A stretch of DNA of 64,000 nt from an uncultured virus (IMG/VR IMGVR_UViG_2626542208_000008) (IMGVR_UViG_2626542208_000008); one strand, 5' to 3'. Positions 1-8,468 are shown, counted from the stretch's first letter. Notes: a model not told the origin generated them from the letters alone. Translations and numbers: made by a program.

Positions 1-2
1 CG

Positions 3-2267
3 GTGAAGGAGTCCACGGTCTCGATCGCGAATCCGGATGCGTTGGTGGTAATTCATCGGAGTGATAAGATTGATGACCCAATCCGCACCGCCGCACAGGT
101 CGTGATCACGGGCGGGAAGCGTTTCGAGGGGGACGGTAAGAAGTTCACGTTCGGTTACGAGAACCCTTCTCGCGTCGAGATCACCACGAGGTCGGGTCAG
201 AAAGCGGCCGGTACGGACGTGAAGCAGATCATCTTTCTTAACGGCTCCGAAACCAGAATCGAAGGGAGTAGTGACATGGACGAGTATGACGTGCTTGGTC
301 GACAGATCGTCGGCGAGATGCTCGGGATGACCGGCGAGACGAAGATGCACGACATGTCGGCCGTGGAGGAAATCGCCGACAATATGTACATCCACGGTGT
401 GGATATCCTTGGCGCCACACCACCAACCCGCCGCGTTGGGTTTGTTTTCAAGACGACCCCCGCCGGGCGAAAGTACACGGCGCTCGTGGTCTCCAAGGTG
501 CGCCGCGGGGACTTCAAGACCTCGGTCTCCAACGCTCGCGATGTCGGACGACGCGCGGTTGAGATTAGCGCTAGGATTCGTAACGCGCTTCGTCGTATGC
601 CGACTCGCGTCCGCGGTGCAGCGCCGAAGCGTCCTCAGCGCGCAAAGCGTTTGATCACCGACGCGCAGCTCAAGACGCTCGCAGACCAGCTCGAGAAGGC
701 CGGGAAGGCCCTGGTCGGCAGAGCCGGCAAACTCGAGGACTCGGTCGCGGTCGGGGATGCCAAGCAGAAGACCGCCGCGCTCGCGCTCAGGGCCAAGATG
801 TTCAACCCGAAGATGGCGCGCGCTAAGTCTGTGAAAGCGGGTTCGGCGGCCAAGCTGGCGCAGGCCATGCGCCCGGTGACGGCGGCGAGCCGCGCCGCGG
901 TGTCACGACCGCTGACAAGCCGTGCATTGTCTCTTCCGACGCGTGGAATGAGTCGCGCGGCGGTGCTCGGGTACTGGAATGAAATCCTCGGAGCGGAGCT
1001 GAACGAGATTCTCGGGCAGATCACCGACGCGGAACAGGCGGCGATTGAGGCCGAGGCCGATAAGTATTTCGGTTCGCGCGATGGCTCTACATCGCCAACG
1101 ACCACGACGTCATCTTCGGATTATGGTACGTCCTATTCCGATCCGTACACGTCATCCTACACCGCGCCGAGCTATGATCGATTCCCAGGCCCCGAGGACA
1201 ATAACTACGGTGTGGGTCCTGCGCCGACCGAAGCGCCTGAGCCTACGGAGTTTCAGCGAGGTCCAGATCCGGCGACTGATCGTAACGTATACAATTCCTC
1301 GCGGATGCCGTTACCCGGGATCATCTATTACGAGCTTGAGCGCGGTCTGCCTCGTGACAAGTTCGGATCGTGGGAGCGCTACTATGGTCAGTCGCGAGCG
1401 CTTCCGCATGGTGGAAACGGTTATTATTGGTCGGGGACCATCGCGGTTGAGGCGGAGGGTTGGGCACGACGGCAATTGAATCAGAGTGGCGGGTACGAGG
1501 ATATCGGCGTTCCTGTGACGTATTTGTTGCAGTATCCAACAGGCGTGCAAGAGTCCGGTGGCGGATCTGCGGATTGGGGGCCTCTCGTCGGTGCCCCCGA
1601 TGATTGGACCAAGGGTCTTCGTTTCGATATGGCGACCAAGCAATGGTTTTGGTTCTGGGACCAGGCGCCCGAGTGGGCCACGGGGAAGGTAATTCGTAAG
1701 GCGCAATTGCTGCACCAGGCCCAGCTTGATCACGATGCGTTGCTTACGGCTGCCAAGGCGGATTATGCCTGGCAACAGGCACAAGATCGCCTCGACGCAC
1801 AGCAAGCACGCGAGCAGTCGCGACAGCAAGCACTTGTGGATGCGGAAGCTGAGCGTCGGCGAATTCAGCTCGATGTCGAGCGCCAGGCTTTTGAAGCTAA
1901 GCAGACGGAGCGTCAAGGCGAGATTGATGCGATGATGCAGCAGGAAGAGGCGCGGTGGGTGGCGGAGCAGGCTCGTCTTGAGCAACAGCAAATGGCACAA
2001 GAAAGTCAATTTATGACGCAGCAAGCGCAGCTCGATCAGCAAGAGCGTCAGATGATGCTCGATTACTTCCGACAGCATCCACAGGAGATGTTTGCGCAGC
2101 AGGGCGGCGGCGCAGAATATGATGCGGAGTATGCCGAGGAAGATCCCTTCGCAACCTACTACGCTGAAAGTGATGAGGGCGTGGATTGGGGAGATAACGG
2201 ACAGCGAGACGGGCTCGATCAAGGACTTTCGGATGCCTCGGAAGATGAGCTGTTCGAGAATATGTGA
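3..2267 (+). CDS. Putative virion protein, 5'-truncated; basic region, S/T/Y-rich linker, Q-rich coiled coil, acidic tail
   Basis: Frame open from window edge; carries YDVLG, YIHGVDILG and two NEILG tags; DEGVDWGD near C-terminus. Confidence 0.7.
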   Translation: MKESTVSIANPDALVVIHRSDKIDDPIRTAAQVVITGGKRFEGDGKKFTFGYENPSRVEITTRSGQKAAGTDVKQIIFLNGSETRIEGSSDMDEYDVLGRQIVGEMLGMTGETKMHDMSAVEEIADNMYIHGVDILGATPPTRRVGFVFKTTPAGRKYTALVVSKVRRGDFKTSVSNARDVGRRAVEISARIRNALRRMPTRVRGAAPKRPQRAKRLITDAQLKTLADQLEKAGKALVGRAGKLEDSVAVGDAKQKTAALALRAKMFNPKMARAKSVKAGSAAKLAQAMRPVTAASRAAVSRPLTSRALSLPTRGMSRAAVLGYWNEILGAELNEILGQITDAEQAAIEAEADKYFGSRDGSTSPTTTTSSSDYGTSYSDPYTSSYTAPSYDRFPGPEDNNYGVGPAPTEAPEPTEFQRGPDPATDRNVYNSSRMPLPGIIYYELERGLPRDKFGSWERYYGQSRALPHGGNGYYWSGTIAVEAEGWARRQLNQSGGYEDIGVPVTYLLQYPTGVQESGGGSADWGPLVGAPDDWTKGLRFDMATKQWFWFWDQAPEWATGKVIRKAQLLHQAQLDHDALLTAAKADYAWQQAQDRLDAQQAREQSRQQALVDAEAERRRIQLDVERQAFEAKQTERQGEIDAMMQQEEARWVAEQARLEQQQMAQESQFMTQQAQLDQQERQMMLDYFRQHPQEMFAQQGGGAEYDAEYAEEDPFATYYAESDEGVDWGDNGQRDGLDQGLSDASEDELFENM

Positions 2268-2272
2268 GAAAA

Positions 2273-2668
2273 ATGAGCTTCTACCTCGATGGTGTGGATG
2301 TTCTTGGCTCCGAAAGGAATGATTCCAGCGCCGATGACTTCGATTTGGCTCAGGCCACCGACCCTGAGCCAGCGCTGGTCATTCGTGTCGAGAACCCCGG
2401 TGAGCTTGTTCAGAAGCAGGGGGGTGCGACTGGCGCGCTGGTATTCGATATCGCACCGTCGTCGGTTACCGGAATGATCTATTCGAAGATGCGCGATGAG
2501 ATGCTCAAGAAGTTCAAAGAGCAGGGCGTTAATGCGGATGTGCAGATCACTACCTCGCCGCCGAAAGGGCCGCCACCGAAGGCGGAATTTGTGCGTGGGA
2601 TGGTAGCGGGAGGCGCCACGGCCGGTGTAGTGTATCTATTGTATCGTTTGATTCGCTTGGCATTCTGA
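2273..2668 (+). CDS. Putative virion membrane protein with N-terminal MSFYLDGVDVLG tag and C-terminal TM helix
   Basis: ATG 2273; C-terminal GMVAGGATAGVVYLLYRLI hydrophobic segment. Confidence 0.75.
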   Translation: MSFYLDGVDVLGSERNDSSADDFDLAQATDPEPALVIRVENPGELVQKQGGATGALVFDIAPSSVTGMIYSKMRDEMLKKFKEQGVNADVQITTSPPKGPPPKAEFVRGMVAGGATAGVVYLLYRLIRLAF

Positions 2669-2697
2669 CCGCGCCGAGGCGCGAAGGAGAGAAGGAG

Positions 2698-3378
2698 ATG
2701 ACGATGGAAACGGCGTACGAAATCCTCGGTGCGCAGATCGTGAACGAGGTGACTGGGATCCCTCCGGTGGTCGGCGCCGGGCCAGGGCTAGATCCGCAGT
2801 TTGGGATCAATGCGGCGGCGGAGCTGATCTCTCGTGGGATCAGCACGCACCAGGCCAAGAAAGAGGCCAAGCAGAAGTCTGCGGCCACCGCGGCGCAGCT
2901 CGAGCGCGCTATTGCGGCGGATGTGGCTTGGGCCAACGCCGAGGTGATGCTCGAGACGGCCAGCGCCTCCAAAGATCCGCAGAAGATCGCCGCAGCGCAG
3001 TCTCTTGCGTCGTCGTCTCAGTCTGCGGCGGCAATCGTGGGGATTGGCCTTGCGCCGGAGGCGTCGGCCCAGCGCATTACCAAGGCGCAGGACACCGCCA
3101 AGAAGGCGGCGGAGGCTTCTTATGCTGATCCTAAGAACTTAGGCAAGGCCGCAGCGATGCGAGCCTGGCAGAAGGTCGCATCGGCCGTGGTGACTTCGAC
3201 CGCGCAAGCTCCCGGAGGAGAGCAGGCACTTCAGCTCGCGAATGTGGGGGGGACGAGTTTCCTCGATGTCATGAGGCGTCGCTATGGCGGCGTGCCCGTG
3301 TGGGGGTGGGCTGTCGGCGGTCTCGGTCTGACTTTTGGTCTGACATTGTTTATTCGCGCGCTGCGGAAGCGGCGGTAA
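2698..3378 (+). CDS. Ala-rich helical protein with C-terminal TM anchor and basic tail
   Basis: Purine-rich RBS; YEILG tag; GVPVWGWAVGGLGLTFGLTLFIRALRKRR C-terminus. Confidence 0.75.
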   Translation: MTMETAYEILGAQIVNEVTGIPPVVGAGPGLDPQFGINAAAELISRGISTHQAKKEAKQKSAATAAQLERAIAADVAWANAEVMLETASASKDPQKIAAAQSLASSSQSAAAIVGIGLAPEASAQRITKAQDTAKKAAEASYADPKNLGKAAAMRAWQKVASAVVTSTAQAPGGEQALQLANVGGTSFLDVMRRRYGGVPVWGWAVGGLGLTFGLTLFIRALRKRR

Positions 3379-3389
3379 AGGAGACTTTG

Positions 3390-3818
3390 ATGCACCCGTA
3401 TGCGAAGAAGGCCGATTCGATCGTTGGCGCGCAACAGACAATCGCCCGTGTCGCCAACGTGCTAGGTGCCGACGGGGTTGTGCCTGCGCGTCCTCGATCG
3501 CTGGCAGAATTCTTGACACAGATCAAGCAGCAAGCTCCGAACGACGTCAAGGATGGAATCGGGACGATCGCCGGAGCGGCGGCGGGAGCGATTTTGTGGA
3601 GGGAGCACCGCGTCCTTGGAGGCATCGGTGGTGCGTCGCTTGGACGCAACGCCTCGGCGCTGTTTCGCCCGCACGAGCGTCGGATGGCGTTTTGTAACAT
3701 GGGCGTCACTGCGTCCGGTGTCCTCGGTTCGTTGATGTTACCGCAGTACCCGAAGATGGGATTTATCCTCGGGTGGCTTGTCGGTGGATTGGCCGTCTAC
3801 GGGGGCAAGCTTAGGTGA
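3390..3818 (+). CDS. Small multi-pass Gly-rich membrane protein (paralogue of 5898-6305)
   Basis: AAGGAG RBS before ATG 3390; several Gly-rich hydrophobic segments. Confidence 0.75.
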   Translation: MHPYAKKADSIVGAQQTIARVANVLGADGVVPARPRSLAEFLTQIKQQAPNDVKDGIGTIAGAAAGAILWREHRVLGGIGGASLGRNASALFRPHERRMAFCNMGVTASGVLGSLMLPQYPKMGFILGWLVGGLAVYGGKLR

Positions 3819-5218
3819 GTTTTTACCTTCATGGTGTAGATATCTTGGGTGCAGACCCGGCACCTGAGGTCGATCCGCGTGCGACGGTTGCTGCGAACCG
3901 GTTGAACGCCGCCAGCAAACGTGCGAAACGGTCACGGACCGCGAGGAAGCTGGCTTCGGTTGCCAAGCATCTCGTAGACAAGTCGCGAGGGGCAGCGCAA
4001 GCAGCGGCGGATGCGAAGAAAGCGGCGGCGGATGCGAAGCTCGCAAGAGCAAAAGAGATCAAGGAGCGGGAGAGGCAAGCCGCGATCGACCGCGCCGGAG
4101 TTGTAAAGCCACCTCCGACGAGACAGGCGGCGATCGATCGCGCGGGCACGGTTCGTACACCTGCGCCAGCACAAGCCGCGATCGACCGTGCCGGGGTTGT
4201 GCGTGTTCCAGATCGTCCGGTCGCGACAATTGATCGCGCGGCGATTGTTCAAACGCCAGTAACTATGGCGCAGCGGGCGGCGGTCGTTCAAACACCGCAA
4301 GTTTCGGCGGTTTCGCGGTCGGTGACCGCGGCACCCACCTCGACGGTACTTTCGCGTCCGGTAGTCACGACGACCCCGACGGTACTCTCGCGGCCTCTAA
4401 CGACGACTACGACGCGGCCTTTGACCACGACCGTTTCGAGGACAACGCGTCTTCGGGGAATGAGCCAGGATTTTATCGCTGAAGTTCTAGGCGATCTGGG
4501 ATTGCGTGTACAAGCGCAAGCGATGCAGCTTTCGGCGTATATCGCGGGGGCTCACGCGCTCGCGACCGCGAACGATATCGCCGAGCAGCTCTTGCCGCTC
4601 ATCGAGCGGTTGAAGATCACTGGACAAGTCGATATCGCGTTCGCCGGGCAAAATATCGTCGATCAGTGCTACGCGTTCATCGACAACTACGATCCCGAAT
4701 ACCCAGACACGTCGGTTGTCTCGAGTCTACAGGCTCAGGCCGCCTCATGGCAGACGAGCGCGAAAGAGGCGCTCTTGTCGGGGGCGCAGTCGCTTCCTGG
4801 GGGTGGTGCTGGTGGGGGCGGTGCCGGAGACGGTGAGAGCTATGAAGAAGGCGGTTTCGGAGATGCTGGATACGGCGATGCGGGTTTCGGCGATGCTGGC
4901 GGCGCTGGCGATGCTGGTGTTGACTGGGGCGGCGGAGGTGGTGGTGGGGGCGGGGGGCCGGAGATGCCGAGTACGAGCAGGCCGCCGCCGAGATGGCGGA
5001 AGAAGCTGCTGCACAAGAACCTATCGATGAAGGAGTCGATTGGGGCGACGAAGGCGGTGGAGAGGGTGGTGGAGAAGAGCCGCTCGAGGTACCTCTTCCA
5101 CAAGGCGCAGAGGGCGCCGAGTTTGATGCGTCTTACGATGCTGCGACCGAGGGGTCTACCGAGGAGGAGTACACTGAAGAAGAGTATGCGGAGCCGGTCG
5201 TCGATTCTAGCGCTTTGA
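3815..5218 (+). CDS. Tagged repeat-rich putative virion protein; N-terminal part of a probably frameshifted 3815-5901 gene
   Basis: GTG start MSFYLHGVDILG; QAAIDRAG repeats; Thr-rich tract; Gly/Asp-rich region; composition changes after the G6 run at 4952-4957. Confidence 0.7.
   Translation: MSFYLHGVDILGADPAPEVDPRATVAANRLNAASKRAKRSRTARKLASVAKHLVDKSRGAAQAAADAKKAAADAKLARAKEIKERERQAAIDRAGVVKPPPTRQAAIDRAGTVRTPAPAQAAIDRAGVVRVPDRPVATIDRAAIVQTPVTMAQRAAVVQTPQVSAVSRSVTAAPTSTVLSRPVVTTTPTVLSRPLTTTTTRPLTTTVSRTTRLRGMSQDFIAEVLGDLGLRVQAQAMQLSAYIAGAHALATANDIAEQLLPLIERLKITGQVDIAFAGQNIVDQCYAFIDNYDPEYPDTSVVSSLQAQAASWQTSAKEALLSGAQSLPGGGAGGGGAGDGESYEEGGFGDAGYGDAGFGDAGGAGDAGVDWGGGGGGGGGGPEMPSTSRPPPRWRKKLLHKNLSMKESIGATKAVERVVEKSRSRYLFHKAQRAPSLMRLTMLRPRGLPRRSTLKKSMRSRSSILAL
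4073..4300 (+). repeat. Degenerate ~16-aa (48-nt) coding repeats QAAIDRAG(V/T)V(K/R)xP, about 5 units
   Basis: RQAAIDRAGVVKPPPT RQAAIDRAGTVRTPAP AQAAIDRAGVVRVPDR PVATIDRAAIVQTPVT MAQRAAVVQTP. Confidence 0.85.
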
Positions 5219-5901
5219 ACGTCGGCGATTTAGTGACTTCTTCGGAGGACGAGTCTCTCGGTGTCGGGACGATCATAGCGATCAACGCGGACTCCGAAGG
5301 AACGTCGCTCTACGAGGTACAGTGGGCTGATGGTACCACTGCAAATGTGTATGGTGACGCGCTCGTCAAGAAAGCAGAAGACGCCGAGTCGACGGAGGAA
5401 ACGATGGAAGGGCTGTATCTGCTCGGGGTAGATGTTCTTGGCGGTGACATGGGTACGGGAGGGGCGCCATCTGCACCGATGGACTATGGGCCGAGTATGT
5501 CCTCCGGGACGGTCTACACTGACTACAATACGATCTTGGCGGCGCAGAAGGCGCTCCTGGCGAAGGGAATCTCCCCAGGTAAGATCGACGGCCTGTGGGG
5601 TAACGATACCGAGGCGGCGCTCTTCAAGTTCTCGGGCAAGCACGGACCGCCCGACGATGACACGCTCACGAAGTTAGGAGTGAAACCGGGTGCGCCCACT
5701 GTGACGCGGCCGAGTAGCGGTGGGGGTATGACGTTCTTGGCGCCGAAGCCTCCCGCGGCGCCGCAGGTTTCAGGTCCGATGTTCTGGTCAAAGCCGCTTT
5801 GGTCAGGGTCAACGATTCCCAGATGGCGCGGGGCGATTGCAGGGGGCGGGGCGATTGCTCTGCTCACTGGACTTACTCTCGCGGTCACGGTGCGCCGATG
5901 A
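4993..5901 (+). CDS. Acidic linker + SH3/Tudor-like barrel + peptidoglycan-binding domain (PG_binding_1-like) + C-terminal TM anchor
   Basis: AQKALLAKGISPGKIDGLWGNDTEAAL matches the PGBD DGxxGxxTxxA pattern; VGDLV...GVGTI...YEVQWADG barrel; internal YLLGVDVLG tag. Confidence 0.75.
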   Translation: MAEEAAAQEPIDEGVDWGDEGGGEGGGEEPLEVPLPQGAEGAEFDASYDAATEGSTEEEYTEEEYAEPVVDSSALNVGDLVTSSEDESLGVGTIIAINADSEGTSLYEVQWADGTTANVYGDALVKKAEDAESTEETMEGLYLLGVDVLGGDMGTGGAPSAPMDYGPSMSSGTVYTDYNTILAAQKALLAKGISPGKIDGLWGNDTEAALFKFSGKHGPPDDDTLTKLGVKPGAPTVTRPSSGGGMTFLAPKPPAAPQVSGPMFWSKPLWSGSTIPRWRGAIAGGGAIALLTGLTLAVTVRR

Positions 5902-6305
5902 GTCACGCGCTTTCTTTTCTCGGGGTTGTTTCTCCCGGGGCTGCGTCGATCGCTCAACCAATTTCCGGAGATCCCCCACTTACGAGAACGCTTGTTCCAG
6001 GGGTCGCAGCCGGCATTGTCGGGTTCAAGCTTTTTCCGAAGCATCCACTCTTGGGTTTTCTGGGAGCCGAGTCGATCGGACAGAATGCCTATCGCCTGTG
6101 GCGAGGTCAGGGGGATGATCGTCTCCGCGCGTTCACGAACATGGCTGGTGCAGCGTCGGCGATTACCGGATCACTGCTCTATAAGAAGCATCCGTTCATC
6201 GGATTCACTCTCGGACTTGTGGCGGGGGCGTTTATGACCTCGTTCGTGCGCGGATCGAACTCGCAAAAGTTCAAACAAGAACTCATGCGGAGAATGGGCC
6301 TATGA
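5898..6305 (+). CDS. Small multi-pass membrane protein (paralogue of 3390-3818)
   Basis: ATGA overlap with upstream stop; internal repeat KHPLLGFLG / KHPFIGFTLG. Confidence 0.75.
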   Translation: MSHALSFLGVVSPGAASIAQPISGDPPLTRTLVPGVAAGIVGFKLFPKHPLLGFLGAESIGQNAYRLWRGQGDDRLRAFTNMAGAASAITGSLLYKKHPFIGFTLGLVAGAFMTSFVRGSNSQKFKQELMRRMGL

Positions 6306-7459
6306 GCTTCTACCTCGACGGTGTAGATGTTCTCGGGGCAGAGGAATCAGGGCCGCTTTCGACTAAACGTGCTCGTACGATAGTGTACGATTGTCTCGGA
6401 CACGTAAGTGATCCCGAACTGGCACGACAGCTTAACAACGTCGGCGAATCGATCGAGCGTTGCGGCCTTGATACGCTCCCAGATAATGCGACGCAGGTAC
6501 TCTACGGTCTAGTGACGCGGGCGTACGCACCAAGGGAAGCTAGTGCGTACGAGATTTTGGGGGATGTCGAAATTGGCAGCCATGACCCTCGCCCTTATTG
6601 GGCACGTGGTTTTAGCCCATATCTCGAGACCTCGCCAATCTACGACAACCCTCCGGATGACGAGTGGCTCGTGCCACGGGCCGGGGGAGGGTATCAACGT
6701 GTGATCCTCGGCGAAGACGAAGTCGGGCATCATGGGCATGGGATGGTTCCTGGCGGTTGGTGGTGGGCGGGGAGCTATCGAGGCCCATGGGTCGAGGCCG
6801 ATGATTTTGTCGATCCGATGGAAATGGTCGATCCGGCGATCTTACAGGGGGAAGATATTCTCGGAGAAGATGCTTACGATGTGCTCGGGATGTTTGATAT
6901 CGCATCGGCGCAAAGGAAGATGAACGCGCTTCCCAAGAAGGTGACTGTACGGATGGCGAAGGCGCTCCTCGCGGGTGGGCAGGAGGCCATCACTGGCGCA
7001 CAGGCCATCGCCGCCCAGAAGAGTCTCCCTGGTGGCACGGCGCGCGACAACGTCGCGGCGCATCTGTCGTGGCACAACGATAAGCTCGCGAGGATGACTG
7101 GATCTCCTAACGCGTTCTATGATCCAGGCCAAGATCTGGCCAAGTACGTCATGATGGCGTTCATCGAGGCCAACGCGGCCGAAGAGGGCGCCACGTATCT
7201 CGATCAAGCGTGGTCTCAGATGTGGCAAGAGATCGCCAACGCCATCGCCGCGCTCCCTAGCGATATACGAAAAGTGGTCGTGTCCGCAGCCTCGGGCGCG
7301 ATCGAGACGATCACCGGACTTCCAGTCTGGGCCTGGGCATTGATCGCCGTCGGAAGCGTCGGATTACTTGGATTTTTGGCGTACAAGATCATCGGCGCGG
7401 CGGCGAACAGCAAGGCAGGAGCCGCCACGGCCGGTGTGTTGGCGCGGAGGTATTTGTGA
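6302..7459 (+). CDS. Tagged putative virion membrane protein with multiple [DE][IV]LG motifs and C-terminal TM
   Basis: MSFYLDGVDVLG, YEILG, VILG, EDILG, YDVLG; GLPVWAWALIAVGSVGLLGFLAY anchor. Confidence 0.78.
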   Translation: MSFYLDGVDVLGAEESGPLSTKRARTIVYDCLGHVSDPELARQLNNVGESIERCGLDTLPDNATQVLYGLVTRAYAPREASAYEILGDVEIGSHDPRPYWARGFSPYLETSPIYDNPPDDEWLVPRAGGGYQRVILGEDEVGHHGHGMVPGGWWWAGSYRGPWVEADDFVDPMEMVDPAILQGEDILGEDAYDVLGMFDIASAQRKMNALPKKVTVRMAKALLAGGQEAITGAQAIAAQKSLPGGTARDNVAAHLSWHNDKLARMTGSPNAFYDPGQDLAKYVMMAFIEANAAEEGATYLDQAWSQMWQEIANAIAALPSDIRKVVVSAASGAIETITGLPVWAWALIAVGSVGLLGFLAYKIIGAAANSKAGAATAGVLARRYL

Positions 7460-8190
7460 TCTTCCCTATCCTCCTCATCGCGGCTGGCGCCACCGCCATC
7501 ATCGCATTGGCGTTTACTGACGATGACGGTCCGGTGCCGAACTACTTACCAGATCTTCCACCGATGTCTGGGTCGACTCGGTATAAGAAGGTGGATGCGA
7601 TCTTAGGTGAGTTGAAAAAGGCATCGGAGACTTCGGGCATCCCGCTCGGGTTACTCGTGGGGTGGGTCGCCAAGGAATCCGGTGGTCGACTCAGCGAAGT
7701 TCCGAAACCGCTCAAGGGTGAGCCCGATGGTGAGCGCGGGTATTTTCAGCTTACGCCGTCGGAGTCGCGATCTTTGGGGCTCGACCATAAGCGACTTTCT
7801 GAAGATCCAATTTACTCAATCAACGCCGGGCTTCTACTCATCGGACGATATATGAAGGCTGTCGACGCGCTCGGCGTGGCCGTTCCTGGATCGATGTACT
7901 ACTGGCTCCTCGTCAAGCTCGCGCACACGATGGGGTCTGGAGCGATGAAGATCATTGTCAACGGAGCAAAAGCGGCAGGCGCGGCCAGGACTTGGGATGC
8001 ACTCGAGCGGCATGCGCTTGATAACGAGGCCCGATATTTCTCGGCGACCAAGCACTCACCATCGAAGTGGTTTCCGCTCGTCGATAAGGTTCGCGAAGTG
8101 GGGCAGCCATTTGGTTTTGGTGATCGCGACGTGGTGGTGGGAGGTGAAGTGTTTAGAGATATCGTCGATCCGTTAGATTGCCTGACGTAA
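7456..8190 (+). CDS. Lytic transglycosylase (SLT/lysozyme-like fold) with N-terminal membrane anchor
   Basis: GIPLGLLVGWVAKESGG (catalytic E-S), GYFQL, DPIYSINAG motifs; hydrophobic N-terminus. Confidence 0.85.
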   Translation: MIFPILLIAAGATAIIALAFTDDDGPVPNYLPDLPPMSGSTRYKKVDAILGELKKASETSGIPLGLLVGWVAKESGGRLSEVPKPLKGEPDGERGYFQLTPSESRSLGLDHKRLSEDPIYSINAGLLLIGRYMKAVDALGVAVPGSMYYWLLVKLAHTMGSGAMKIIVNGAKAAGAARTWDALERHALDNEARYFSATKHSPSKWFPLVDKVREVGQPFGFGDRDVVVGGEVFRDIVDPLDCLT

Positions 8191-8364
8191 CACAGTTTCG
8201 GCGTCGTTCAAAAATCCAGCCTCTATCAGCACGGCGCGTGCCCTCTTCGCTGAAAGCGTATTCGTTTCCGCTCCTCTGAGAACTTTTCGTAACGTTCTCG
8301 GATCACACTCGGCTTTGACGGAGAGTCGACGGGCGGTGGCCTCGTCGATGTTGCATCGATTCAT
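8173..8364 (-). CDS. Small HTH DNA-binding protein (paralogue A)
   Basis: AAGGAGG RBS before ATG 8364; IDEATARRLSVKAECDPRTLRKVLRG. Confidence 0.75.
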   Translation of the reverse strand: MNRCNIDEATARRLSVKAECDPRTLRKVLRGAETNTLSAKRARAVLIEAGFLNDAETVLRQAI

Positions 8365-8375
8365 CCAAATCCTCC

Positions 8376-8460
8376 TTTGAAGACTTTTTGTACGCATTTT
8401 GAAGACATTTTTAGTGGAAAGTCAAGTTGTTCTTGTCCTATCTGCACGACTCCGTAGAGT
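8376..8460. promoter_or_regulatory. Divergent promoter/operator region with two TTTGAAGACWTTTT direct repeats
   Basis: Repeats at 8376 and 8398; TTGACT on - strand (8425-8420); TTGTCC-16-TAGAGT on + strand (8433-8460). Confidence 0.6.
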
Positions 8461-8468
8461 TTTCATTC

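Noticed and set aside
4946..4960. Canonical programmed -1 ribosomal frameshift
   Set aside because: In-frame heptamer is C GGG GGG, not X XXY YYZ; an indel error is simpler
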